Assembly (NCBI GenBank): GCA_964482135.1
Contig: CAYZWF010000002.1
Location: forward strand, 6,639-70,638
DNA: 64,000 bases
Direction: 5' to 3'
Origin: an uncultured Rhodospirillaceae bacterium
GTDB taxonomy: Bacteria > Pseudomonadota > Alphaproteobacteria > UBA11136
The position numbers were made by a program, and so were the translations under genes. The notes below the pieces were generated by a model that was not told the origin of the DNA, did no database searches, and saw only the letters and a list, made by a program, of their open reading frames with translations. Position 1 is the stretch's first letter. Each line of letters starts with the position of its first letter. Positions 20,267 to 28,836 of this stretch are shown here, in pieces.

Positions 20267-20662
20267 TCAGCCGTGAAGTTTGTGCAGGGGGGCGTCCATC
20301 TTCCTGAAATGGGTGGAAAACCACCCCCGCAGTTCGTCGGCGAACTGGTCCTCGGACTGGAAATAGGTGCCGTCCTCGTGGCGGTCCATGATGTCACGGA
20401 TTTGATCGAGAAGGTATTCGTGTTCCTTTTTGTGGGCGTTGAAGCCGCTATAGTTTTCGTCGCGCATGGTCTTTTCCTCGAGCGCGAAGTGGAGGGAGAT
20501 ACGGGCGAAAAGCTCACCCAGAAAATCGCCGACCGATTCGCGGGAGCCCTGGGACATCATTTCGCCGTGGAGTTCGTTGATAAGCGAAATCAACTGTTCA
20601 TGTTCGTAATCCACATGGGGGATTCCGGTCTTGAACTCCTCTTTCCATTCGATCAGCGTCAT
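20267..20662 (-). CDS. Bacteriohemerythrin (second copy); last gene of the HCO operon
   Basis: Hemerythrin ligand motifs (HVDYEHEQL, HFALEE, HKKEHEYL). Confidence 0.8.
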   Translation of the reverse strand: MTLIEWKEEFKTGIPHVDYEHEQLISLINELHGEMMSQGSRESVGDFLGELFARISLHFALEEKTMRDENYSGFNAHKKEHEYLLDQIRDIMDRHEDGTYFQSEDQFADELRGWFSTHFRKMDAPLHKLHG

Positions 20663-20682
20663 GGCGACCCCCGGTCGTTTTG

Positions 20683-21201
20683 TTATTTTATGACAAAGTT
20701 CGCCGATGGGGTGGAAAAAACCACGGCCAGATTGCGGGTCGGTTCCAGATCTACCTCCTGGGTGGTCTCATAATCGAAACCCTCTGCGCGGCCGCTGTCG
20801 CGCATGCGCATATCCAGGCGGTGATGCCCGGCGGGCACGGTGATGCGTTCGTAAAAATAGGATGGTCCGTCGCTCGACAGGCCGGAGGGTGGCTGTTCGC
20901 GGCTGAAAATAAGTTCTCCATTGAGAAGAATCTCCACCAAGACGGGGTGGCGCTCGCGCGGGCAGAGCTGTAGCGCGCGCCGGGTGGTGCGGGTCTCCTT
21001 GATGCCGGCGAACTGGCGGATGTCGCATTCGCCTTTGTGTTTTCCACCGTGACTGATGGAAAGTTTCATCACCGCCGTGTCTGGGGCGAGCCGTATATAG
21101 GCCGGGCTGTTGGAGAAATATCCCAACACCACCGCCAGGGCCAGATAGGCCACGCCCTGTCCGAGGAATTTCATCGCTCTAGACATGAGGCTACGAGGCA
21201 T
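20683..21201 (-). CDS. Hypothetical membrane-anchored protein (one N-terminal TM helix)
   Basis: ORF with hydrophobic N-terminus (GVAYLALAVVLGYF). No recognisable motif. Overlaps the upstream gene by 11 nt, so probably co-transcribed. Confidence 0.5.
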   Translation of the reverse strand: MPRSLMSRAMKFLGQGVAYLALAVVLGYFSNSPAYIRLAPDTAVMKLSISHGGKHKGECDIRQFAGIKETRTTRRALQLCPRERHPVLVEILLNGELIFSREQPPSGLSSDGPSYFYERITVPAGHHRLDMRMRDSGRAEGFDYETTQEVDLEPTRNLAVVFSTPSANFVIK

Positions 21202-22786
21202 GGGGGTGCTCCTTTTCTCCGTCCCCCTCTTTCGCGGCGGATGTTTTCATGGCCATTAAATGATCGCGGAATGCCTTCAGGCGGTCGGCCAGTTCCCCGG
21301 GTTCGGTGGGGGCGAGCCAGGCGGTGGCGATACGTTCGCGCGGCACCCGGTCGCGCAGATAGGGATCCCGCTTGCCGCCGATTCTCAACTCCGTCCATTC
21401 CACACCGAGCCGGTGAAAACACTCGTTCTCGCGACAGCCGGCAAGCATGATGCCGTCGGCGTGGCCGCGGGTGAGGACGTAATCCATAAAGGCGGGCGGC
21501 AGCATGGCGATGCAGGGAAGGCTGAACACGGCGACGTCGGGTGAGGCCAGTTTGCCGATATCGTTGCCATGGTCGCAGCCGAAAATAACGATCTTCGATT
21601 CGCCTTCGAGACGCGCAAGAGCCTGATCCACGTTCTTGCGAAGCTTGTCCAGGGTGAATTGGGGCAGGTCGATACCGGTCACCAGTTCCGTTGAGGTGCG
21701 GAAGGGCGTGGAGGCGGGACAGGACCCCACGCAGATGCCGCAGGCGGTGCATAGATCGCTCGAAACAAGGGCAATGGAGGGGAAGGGGCGTCCGTCGTCG
21801 CGCGGCCCCATCACCACCGCCCCATAGGGGCAGTCCTCGAAACAACGGGTGCAGCCGTTGCAATTGGCGGCATCCACCACCGCCGGGCTGGAGCGTTTGA
21901 AGGGCGGCGCCCAGGGCAGGATGCTGAGCACGGTGCTGGTTCCCACCAACAGCAGCCAGACCCATCCCGCCGACCATATCTCGATCAGTGGATAGAATCC
22001 GAGATAGAACCAGTCGAGGCTGACCTTTTCCACCACCATGCCGAGATCAGCCGGGGGGTGACTCAGCGCCGGTTTATAGAGCGCGAGCAGGAAAAGCATG
22101 CCCAGGGTACCGGCGGCCAGCGCCAGGGGCGGGTTGACCCTGGGACGGCTGATGCGCAGCAGGTGAATCCACATGGCAAACAGCAGGAACAGGGGCAGGG
22201 CGATGTGGAGGAAGACGAGCAGCGAGAAGAAACGGTCGCCGAGGCTGCCTCTGGTCAGGAAATTATTGGCGATGGGCTCGCCGAACAGGGGCAGCCAGTC
22301 CATCCATTCGAAGGTGGCCACGGCGATATACTGGGCCAGCTGGTCCCATACCAGCCAATAGCCGTTGATGCCGGAAGCAAAGGCAAGCCAGAGGATGGGG
22401 ATACCGCTGAACCAGGAAAACCAGCGTACGCTGCGGTAACGGTCGAGGACGAACTCGCGCATCAGATGCAGCATCATGGTAATCACCAGCGCATCGGAGG
22501 CATAGCGGTGGAGGCTGCGCATGATTCCGCCCAGATACCACTGTTCCACGGTGAGATACTCGATGGAGTCGTAGACGCCATTGATGCTGGTCTCGAAGAC
22601 GATATAGAGGTAGATGCCGGTGGCGGCGACGATCCAGAAATAGAAGTAGCCCAGCGCGCCGAGCTGGGTCAGGGGGTTGAGCTTGGGTCCGAAGGCCGCG
22701 TCGAACCAGCCTTCGACCTGCATGAGTCCGTTTTGCGCGGTCCGCCGCAAAGGGTGGGGCTGGGAAGGTGAGGCATTTCCGTTCAC
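21191..22786 (-). CDS. Triple-domain fusion: cytochrome b/b6-like transmembrane domain + 2x[4Fe-4S] ferredoxin + MvhD/FlpD-like domain
   Basis: N-terminus resembles cytochrome b (GGIMRSLHRYASDALVITMMLHLM vs [23 protein letters not shown]). Middle has CNGCTRCFEDCP and CTACGICVGSCP. C-terminus matches the methyl-viologen-reducing hydrogenase delta-subunit family (IVIFGCDHG ... GIMLAGCRENECFH). ATGA overlap with the SCO1 stop. Confidence 0.7.
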   Translation of the reverse strand: MNGNASPSQPHPLRRTAQNGLMQVEGWFDAAFGPKLNPLTQLGALGYFYFWIVAATGIYLYIVFETSINGVYDSIEYLTVEQWYLGGIMRSLHRYASDALVITMMLHLMREFVLDRYRSVRWFSWFSGIPILWLAFASGINGYWLVWDQLAQYIAVATFEWMDWLPLFGEPIANNFLTRGSLGDRFFSLLVFLHIALPLFLLFAMWIHLLRISRPRVNPPLALAAGTLGMLFLLALYKPALSHPPADLGMVVEKVSLDWFYLGFYPLIEIWSAGWVWLLLVGTSTVLSILPWAPPFKRSSPAVVDAANCNGCTRCFEDCPYGAVVMGPRDDGRPFPSIALVSSDLCTACGICVGSCPASTPFRTSTELVTGIDLPQFTLDKLRKNVDQALARLEGESKIVIFGCDHGNDIGKLASPDVAVFSLPCIAMLPPAFMDYVLTRGHADGIMLAGCRENECFHRLGVEWTELRIGGKRDPYLRDRVPRERIATAWLAPTEPGELADRLKAFRDHLMAMKTSAAKEGDGEKEHPHAS

Positions 22787-23661
22787 GGGGAGCCGTCCTT
22801 GGAACGCCGCCGCCGGGATCGGACTAGGAAAATCAGTGTGCCGCCAATACAGATTCCGCCGATGGCCATGCCCACGAACAGGGAATAATCAAAACGATAG
22901 CGGCCGCTCGCCGGATCGTAGACGGTGCAAAACAGTTTCACCCGGTTGGCGATCCCCTCGAAGCTGGTGAAAGAGGCGCCGGTTCCGTAAATGAGGTTTT
23001 TGAGTGGCTCCACCAGATGGGGGGGGCTGAAATCCTCACCGTATATCTGGTTGGTAACACGTCCTTCGGCATCGGCCACCGTGACCTGGCTCAGATGGTC
23101 GAAGCCTTTGGGAGATTCCTTGAAGATGAAGCCCAATTCCTTGCCCAAGGCGGCGATGGTCGGGGCATCGGCGCTGAGGAAGAGCCATCCCTCGTCCCCG
23201 ACGCCGTGACTTTTTGCGAATTGGCCCATGCGTTGGGGCGTATCCGTGGGCACGTCGAAGCCGATACTGACAACATGGAAGGAGTCGGCGCCCATGGCTT
23301 CACGCGCCGTCTCCACGGCCCGCCCCAGGGTCTCGGTGATGAGGGGGCAGGCATGGGCGCAACTTGAATAGATGAGGCTGATGACCAGGGGTGTGCCACG
23401 GAAATCGGAAAGCCGCACGGTTTTTCCCGACGCGTCGGTAAAGGTGGCATCGCCGATCACCCTGCCGACGGCGGCCTGGCTGATGGCAAGGGCGTTCTCG
23501 GAATCGAAATCGTTTTCATCTTCATGTGTGGGCGACATATGGGTATTGCCGCCGTGCCCCGCCAGCCCCGGCATGGGGATCAGGCCGAGGAAAAGAAATG
23601 CAGCCGCAAGAATCGATTTCACGTGGCGTCTCCCAGGGATGAGTATATGCAGAGATACCAA
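22783..23661 (-). CDS. SCO1/SenC-family copper chaperone (thioredoxin-like, CxxxCP) with C-terminal TM helix
   Basis: Signal/TM region, CxxxC motif SSCAHACP, and a conserved His (DHLSQV region). Confidence 0.75.
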   Translation of the reverse strand: MVSLHILIPGRRHVKSILAAAFLFLGLIPMPGLAGHGGNTHMSPTHEDENDFDSENALAISQAAVGRVIGDATFTDASGKTVRLSDFRGTPLVISLIYSSCAHACPLITETLGRAVETAREAMGADSFHVVSIGFDVPTDTPQRMGQFAKSHGVGDEGWLFLSADAPTIAALGKELGFIFKESPKGFDHLSQVTVADAEGRVTNQIYGEDFSPPHLVEPLKNLIYGTGASFTSFEGIANRVKLFCTVYDPASGRYRFDYSLFVGMAIGGICIGGTLIFLVRSRRRRSKDGSP

Positions 23662-23719
23662 GAGCGGTGCGACTTATGTCGCACCGCTCTCAGTATACAG
23701 GATTATGGCGCTTGAGGCT

Positions 23720-25417
23720 TTAGCTGAGGCCCCAGGTTTCCGCCAGGTACTTCCAGTTGACGAAGTAATAGAGGACGAAGGTAACCAGGAACACCATGGC
23801 CAGGGCAAAGGTTCCCGGAACCTCCAGATGGTCGGCGCTGCCGTACTGCGCCGCCGCGGTCGTGGGCGGTGCTTCGGCTGCCGGCGCGGGTGCGGCTTCG
23901 CCCTTGGTCTTGCCAAAGAGCAGAGAGCCAACCACCACGATGATGAACATGGCGCCTCCCAGAGAGGCAACCACGGCGCTGACGCCGTTGAGACCCAACA
24001 TGAGATAGGCGGCGCCGGGGAAGTCCATGCTCATGGCGGCGTCGCTGAAGGTAATATCCCAGTGCCGCCGGGGCACGCCCAGAGTGCCGGCTCCCATCAT
24101 GAAGACGGAAAGTCCCGTCACTCCGATGGCGAAGACGTAGGGTTGCCACTGCGCCATTTTCGGGAACAGGATTTCCTTGCGGAAGATAAGCGGCACCAGA
24201 AGATAGGTGACGGCCATGAAGGCCAGGGTCGTTCCCGCCACTACGGTGCCGTGGAAATGGCCCGGCACATAAAGGGTGTTGTGCATGATCAGGTTGATTT
24301 GTTCGGTGCCGAGAATGACACCGGTGATGCCACCCAGGAACCCGAACATGACCAGCGAGAGGAACATGCCGGAAAAGGCGGGATTGCCCCATGGCGCCTT
24401 GCGCAGCCATTCGAACAGGCCCTTGTTGAAGCCCTTTTTACGCTGCGCCGCCTCGATTGAGCCAGGCACCGTAAGGCCGTGGATCATGCTCGCCAGCACC
24501 GCCAGATACATGGCGTAGCTGGTGTTGAAGATCTTGTATTCCGAACTCAAGCCCGGCTCCACCAGCAGGTGATGGACGCTGCCCAGTTGCAGGAACAGGA
24601 TATAGAGAAGGAAAGCCGTGCGGCTGACCTTCTCGGACAGGGGCTTGGCGCCGAAGAGCACGGCGGCGATCAGGTACCATACCGCCACATGGGCCGAGAC
24701 GTTGATCTGTTGCGAGGAATGGCCCATGGCCCACCACACCACCTTGTACATGAGGGGGTCGATGTAGCTGACGAGACCCACCGACCACATCAGGGTGGGG
24801 ATGAGAATGATAGCGCCCGAGGCGATGGTGAAAACGGCGATGATGGCCGCAGTTATGGCGCCGAAAGTGACCAGCGGGACCGAACCCTCGTAGGTCTTTT
24901 CATCCTTGGCTATGACCAGGGTGCCGAAGAAACAGCAACAGCCCAGCAGGGCGCCTACGGCGAACAGGATGATCCCGAGATAGAACAGGGGATCGGCCTG
25001 CATGGGCACGTAAGAGGTGAACATGACGCTGGATTCGCCCATCAGCACGACAACGTTGGTCATGGCGGCGCCCACCAGCATCAGCCAGAAGCCGACCCAG
25101 GCCAGTTTAGGCGCTGCCAGACGGCAGCCCAGCAGAATAGCGGACGCAAAGTAGAGTACCGCCATTTCGAAGAAGATCATCCACACCAGCAACACGTCGA
25201 GACCGTGTGCGGTCAAGGCCAGATAGAACCAGTCGTCGGGCAGGAAATGCACCGCCGGCCAGCGGGTCAGCGCCACGGAGAGACCGAACAGTCCGCCGAC
25301 GAGCAGGAAGACCACGGCGACAACGGCGTTGGCCTTGATCAGCTTTTCGGCGGGAAGATGGACCTTGAGCCCGGTATCGGGGCAGGTGCGAAATTGTGTG
25401 TCGTTTGCCATGTCCAT
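23720..25417 (-). CDS. Heme-copper oxidase superfamily subunit I (B-family-like; candidate CuA-type NO reductase catalytic subunit)
   Basis: 12+ TM helices. CuB/heme ligands present: helix VI GH (WAMGHSSQQ), helix VII HH (SVHHLL), helix X HxH (HFHGT). The cross-link Tyr is absent at H+4 (Q instead). 565 aa, like Thermus ba3 subunit I. Confidence 0.75.
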   Translation of the reverse strand: MDMANDTQFRTCPDTGLKVHLPAEKLIKANAVVAVVFLLVGGLFGLSVALTRWPAVHFLPDDWFYLALTAHGLDVLLVWMIFFEMAVLYFASAILLGCRLAAPKLAWVGFWLMLVGAAMTNVVVLMGESSVMFTSYVPMQADPLFYLGIILFAVGALLGCCCFFGTLVIAKDEKTYEGSVPLVTFGAITAAIIAVFTIASGAIILIPTLMWSVGLVSYIDPLMYKVVWWAMGHSSQQINVSAHVAVWYLIAAVLFGAKPLSEKVSRTAFLLYILFLQLGSVHHLLVEPGLSSEYKIFNTSYAMYLAVLASMIHGLTVPGSIEAAQRKKGFNKGLFEWLRKAPWGNPAFSGMFLSLVMFGFLGGITGVILGTEQINLIMHNTLYVPGHFHGTVVAGTTLAFMAVTYLLVPLIFRKEILFPKMAQWQPYVFAIGVTGLSVFMMGAGTLGVPRRHWDITFSDAAMSMDFPGAAYLMLGLNGVSAVVASLGGAMFIIVVVGSLLFGKTKGEAAPAPAAEAPPTTAAAQYGSADHLEVPGTFALAMVFLVTFVLYYFVNWKYLAETWGLS

Positions 25418-25423
25418 GTCCCC

Positions 25424-25966
25424 CTATTTATCAACCACGACAATTTTGCCCAGCATGGTGTGGTGGCCAATGCCGCAAAATTCATTGCAAACGATACCAA
25501 ATTCCCCGCTCTCGGTCGGCGTGATCGTTGCCACCATGTCGTATCCGGGATGAATCTGTAAATTGAGATTGACCGGTTGCAGGGAAAATCCGTGCAGCCA
25601 GTCCAGCGAGGCGAGATGCAGACGGTAGGTTTCCCCTTTTTGCAGTTCGAAAACGGGCCACCACTCCCACAGGCGGGCGATCATATAGATGTCGCTGCCG
25701 GGCGGGGGACTCACCACCGGCACGTCGGTCTCGCCCCAGGTGCCGACGGTGTATTCGGCCGCCGCGGCTTCCGCCTTCGCCGCGTAAACGTCGGAATTGA
25801 TCCGGTAGCCTTCGGTGGGTGGGTTCTGCTGCCCTTCCAGATGCCAGTAAGGCATCATGAAAAACATGATGATGCACCAGATCAGGCCGATGCCGATCCA
25901 CAGGACTTCGTTGCGTCCGATGGGCTCGTTCCACCAGATACGTTGTTCGGGAGGTGAGATGGCCAT
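25424..25966 (-). CDS. Heme-copper oxidase subunit II with CuA centre (no cytochrome c domain)
   Basis: Single TM helix plus cupredoxin with a complete CuA motif H...CNEFCGIGHHTM. 180 aa, comparable to ba3 subunit II. Confidence 0.8.
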   Translation of the reverse strand: MAISPPEQRIWWNEPIGRNEVLWIGIGLIWCIIMFFMMPYWHLEGQQNPPTEGYRINSDVYAAKAEAAAAEYTVGTWGETDVPVVSPPPGSDIYMIARLWEWWPVFELQKGETYRLHLASLDWLHGFSLQPVNLNLQIHPGYDMVATITPTESGEFGIVCNEFCGIGHHTMLGKIVVVDK

Positions 25967-25985
25967 GTCTCTTTACCTTTCGCGG

Positions 25986-26144
25986 CTAGTTGGCGAGGGG
26001 GATCGAGATGACTTCCATAATCCCCCAGATTAAATAGAAGACGGTGGGCATAACGATGCCTATGCAAAGCAGCAGAAAGGGATTGTCGAGAAGCTGTTGC
26101 ATGAAGGGAATCTGGTCCCCCTTGCCCCCCTGATCATCCACCAT
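25986..26144 (-). CDS. Small single-TM protein (52 aa), candidate oxidase subunit IIa-like
   Basis: Not in the ORF track (under 60 aa). Hand-translated as MVDDQGGKGDQIPFMQQLLDNPFLLLCIGIVMPTVFYLIWGIMEVISIPLAN. AAGGAG Shine-Dalgarno 7 nt upstream. Lies directly upstream of subunit II, as cbaD does in the Thermus cbaDBA operon. Confidence 0.5.
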   Translation of the reverse strand: MVDDQGGKGDQIPFMQQLLDNPFLLLCIGIVMPTVFYLIWGIMEVISIPLAN

Positions 26145-26308
26145 GAGTTTTCTCCTTCAGTAGCAACGATGCTGTATTGGTGAGGCGTGAAAGTAGCAGA
26201 TTAAGTACAACAAATGGAAGGGTGTAGATTTCCGCTTACGTTCCGTAGCGGCAAAATGTCACACATTGGAAAGTCTGAAGAGCGGGGGGAGGCGCTAAGG
26301 AGCGGGGG

Positions 26309-26497
26309 TTACATGTAGTCCGGGGCCAGCGCCCGGATCACGGCGAAGCTGCTCACGGCAAGCGTCAGGATGATGAAGAAGAAGAAGATCGCGCGGTATT
26401 GGAAGCGCCGCCCCGCCATGACCTCGGCGCGGTCGAGAAGGCGGTCGGAGATCACGTAAATGATGATACCGGCTACGGTGAAGGCGATGAATTCCAT
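26309..26497 (-). CDS. Possible small two-TM membrane protein (62 aa)
   Basis: ORF with two hydrophobic segments and a GGAG ribosome-binding site. No homology basis. An imperfect hairpin (26234-26253) follows. Confidence 0.3.
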   Translation of the reverse strand: MEFIAFTVAGIIIYVISDRLLDRAEVMAGRRFQYRAIFFFFIILTLAVSSFAVIRALAPDYM

Positions 26498-26518
26498 GTG
26501 GTGATCTCCGTTTGTTTC

Positions 26519-28591
26519 TCAAAGAGGAAGAGGGGGAATCATGGCCGGGTAGGTTCCCTGTTGGCGCAGAATTTCCCAGCGCTTGCGCAGGGCCAGCCGC
26601 AGATAGCGGTATCTTGTGGTCTTTCGCACGTCTTCGGGTTTATGGCCGGCTTTTTCCCAGAGAGCACGCTCGAAATCGAAGGGCTCGCCGATCAAGGGCG
26701 CAATGTCATCGAGCGCCTTGGCGAATCCCGCGTCGTCTTCCTCCACATAGCCGTGGAGTCTGGCGAACGGATAGAACAGCGTGCCGAGGATGAACCGGTC
26801 GCGCTCGCTGAATGATTTTCCCACCTTGCGGGTGATGGCGCTTTTATCGAATTGGTCCCTGCCGCCATGGGTGGCGCCGCCGGGCTCACCCCACCATTTC
26901 AGCCCCTGCATGGTGGACTGGCCCATGGTGTCGGAGGGCTCTACCCCGATCCAGGTGCTCAGGCGGCGCAGGGTCTCCCCGGTCTCGTTCTTGAGGTCTT
27001 CGAGGTGTATTCCGGCGGAGTCGCACAGGCCGAATTCGGTTCTGGAGAAGAGGTGCAGCATTTCCAGCACATGGCCGTAGAGGGAGGTGTAGTTGGCGGA
27101 GCTGTCGCCGGAGGGAATCAGGGCCTCGAGGTTCTGCAAGGGTTCGCGCACCGTCATCAGGAGTTTGGCGTCGGGGAAATATTTAAGGAAGTTCAGCAGC
27201 TCGTAAGGGTTGGGGTTGTGGATGTGATAGAAAATCACATCCTGGCCGCCAGCCCGGCTCCCCTCTCTTCCCGTGGTCTTCTCGAAGGCGACGTGGATCA
27301 TGCGGAAGAAATCGCCCTGATGGAACCGGCCGCATTCTTCCATCAGTTCGTCGAGGTGGCCCAGGAACACCGCCCGGTCCAGCTTCAGCGATTGCTTGCC
27401 GTCCTCGCCCATTGTGGTGAAGCCTTCCGACACGCCGACGCGGAAATCATCGGGCCGGTTGGGGTTGCCCGGTACCGGCTGGGGGTTGGCGGCGTCGAAC
27501 AGCACCTCGTAGAGGGCGGCGAAACGTAATCCGATTTCCTTTATTCCCCCGGCGGTCAGGCGCGGCCAGACATCGGACCCGAAGAACCCCTTCATATAAA
27601 CGCCGGGCAGGGTGGTGATTTGCGGGTGGCCGTCAACAAGGCTGTGTAGGAATCCGGTGCCGCTGCGGCCATAGGCAAGCAGGGCCACCACGCGCTGTTG
27701 GGGTAGGGTTGAGGGCTCTTTTTGTTTTTTACCAGCGGTGATGGTTTCAGCCTCCGCGCTGGGCAGGGCGGCGATGGCCGCCTCGCAGCTTGGGGTGGCT
27801 GTTTCCGGATCGAGCGAACGGGTGATGTAGTCGAGGAGGAGTGGCGTGGGCGAGTCCGGAAGCGCCGTCTTTAGGTTTTCCATGAAAGCGTGCGCGATCT
27901 GTTTCCCGTTCTCATCTTCGTGGGCCAGGATCACCAGGGGGGCGGCGAGAAGGCCGAGGATTTCCTTGCGCCCGGGGGCAACGGCGAAGAGCTTTTCACA
28001 GCATTGGACGAGCTCTTCCAATTTTCCGATCTCGCCCAGGGCAGAGGCCATGCCCAATAGCGAGTCCACATTGTCGGGGGAGAGTTCCAGCGCGCGCTTC
28101 AGGGAAGTCTCGGCTTCGTCGAGGCGGTCCAGCCGGCGCAGCGTCAGCCCCAGATTGCTGTGGACCTGAGCCGCCTGGGGTGCCTTTTCAAGAACCTGCC
28201 GATAGCAGGACTCGGCCTCGGCGAAGCGTTCCTGCGCCTGTAGCGCCAGCCCCAGATTGTTGAGGGCCGCGGCGGAATTTGGCTCGATCTCCAGTGCGCG
28301 CTTCAGGTTTTTTTCCGCTTCCTCCGGATGCCCCAGATCTTTCAGTACCAGCCCTAAATTGCTGAGAAAACCAACATTGGCGGGCGCCAGCGAAACCGCC
28401 TTGCGGATATGCTGTTCGGCCTTTGCCGGATTCTCCGCCTGATAGGCGAGAAGGCCGAGAAGGTGCCAGGCCTCGGCGTTGCCAGAATCGGCTTTGATCA
28501 CCCGCCGGTAACAGGATTCGGCTTGCGCGAAACGGCCCACGGACTGGTGCTGGCTGCCCTTCACCAGCAGGGCGTGATGTTCGGCCGCCAT
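26519..28591 (-). CDS. TPR-repeat protein with C-terminal sulfotransferase-family domain
   Basis: Multiple TPR-like repeats (AEAWHLLGLLAYQ ..., NLGLVLKDLG ...). PAPS-binding-like P-loop LLAYGRSGTGFLHSL. Start taken at MAAEHH (28591) rather than the overlapping 28789. Confidence 0.6.
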   Translation of the reverse strand: MAAEHHALLVKGSQHQSVGRFAQAESCYRRVIKADSGNAEAWHLLGLLAYQAENPAKAEQHIRKAVSLAPANVGFLSNLGLVLKDLGHPEEAEKNLKRALEIEPNSAAALNNLGLALQAQERFAEAESCYRQVLEKAPQAAQVHSNLGLTLRRLDRLDEAETSLKRALELSPDNVDSLLGMASALGEIGKLEELVQCCEKLFAVAPGRKEILGLLAAPLVILAHEDENGKQIAHAFMENLKTALPDSPTPLLLDYITRSLDPETATPSCEAAIAALPSAEAETITAGKKQKEPSTLPQQRVVALLAYGRSGTGFLHSLVDGHPQITTLPGVYMKGFFGSDVWPRLTAGGIKEIGLRFAALYEVLFDAANPQPVPGNPNRPDDFRVGVSEGFTTMGEDGKQSLKLDRAVFLGHLDELMEECGRFHQGDFFRMIHVAFEKTTGREGSRAGGQDVIFYHIHNPNPYELLNFLKYFPDAKLLMTVREPLQNLEALIPSGDSSANYTSLYGHVLEMLHLFSRTEFGLCDSAGIHLEDLKNETGETLRRLSTWIGVEPSDTMGQSTMQGLKWWGEPGGATHGGRDQFDKSAITRKVGKSFSERDRFILGTLFYPFARLHGYVEEDDAGFAKALDDIAPLIGEPFDFERALWEKAGHKPEDVRKTTRYRYLRLALRKRWEILRQQGTYPAMIPPLPL

Positions 28592-28836
28592 GGGGACGCT
28601 GCCGCCTTGCCGGTTCACGGCGGGTTTCCCACTACGTCCGGTTTTAGCACCATGTTCTCCACACACCCCGGAAAGCACACCCAAGAGCGGGTGGCGCTGG
28701 TTCAGAACCGATGCCCGGATTGTGACCGTGATCCCTTTTCCGTGCAAGGGGGTGGTGGCGTGGATTGCGTCACTATGAAACAGCGCCATATATGAACAGA
28801 GTGCCGCATAATGGCTTGTCCCGGGAGTCAGGACTT

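Noticed and set aside
28592-28789. N-terminal 66-aa extension of the TPR/sulfotransferase ORF that overlaps the divergent phaC 5' region
   Set aside because: The extension is Gly/Ser/Val-rich with no TPR periodicity and would overlap phaC's ORF. The internal start MAAEHH leaves a sensible divergent promoter gap, but this is not proven.
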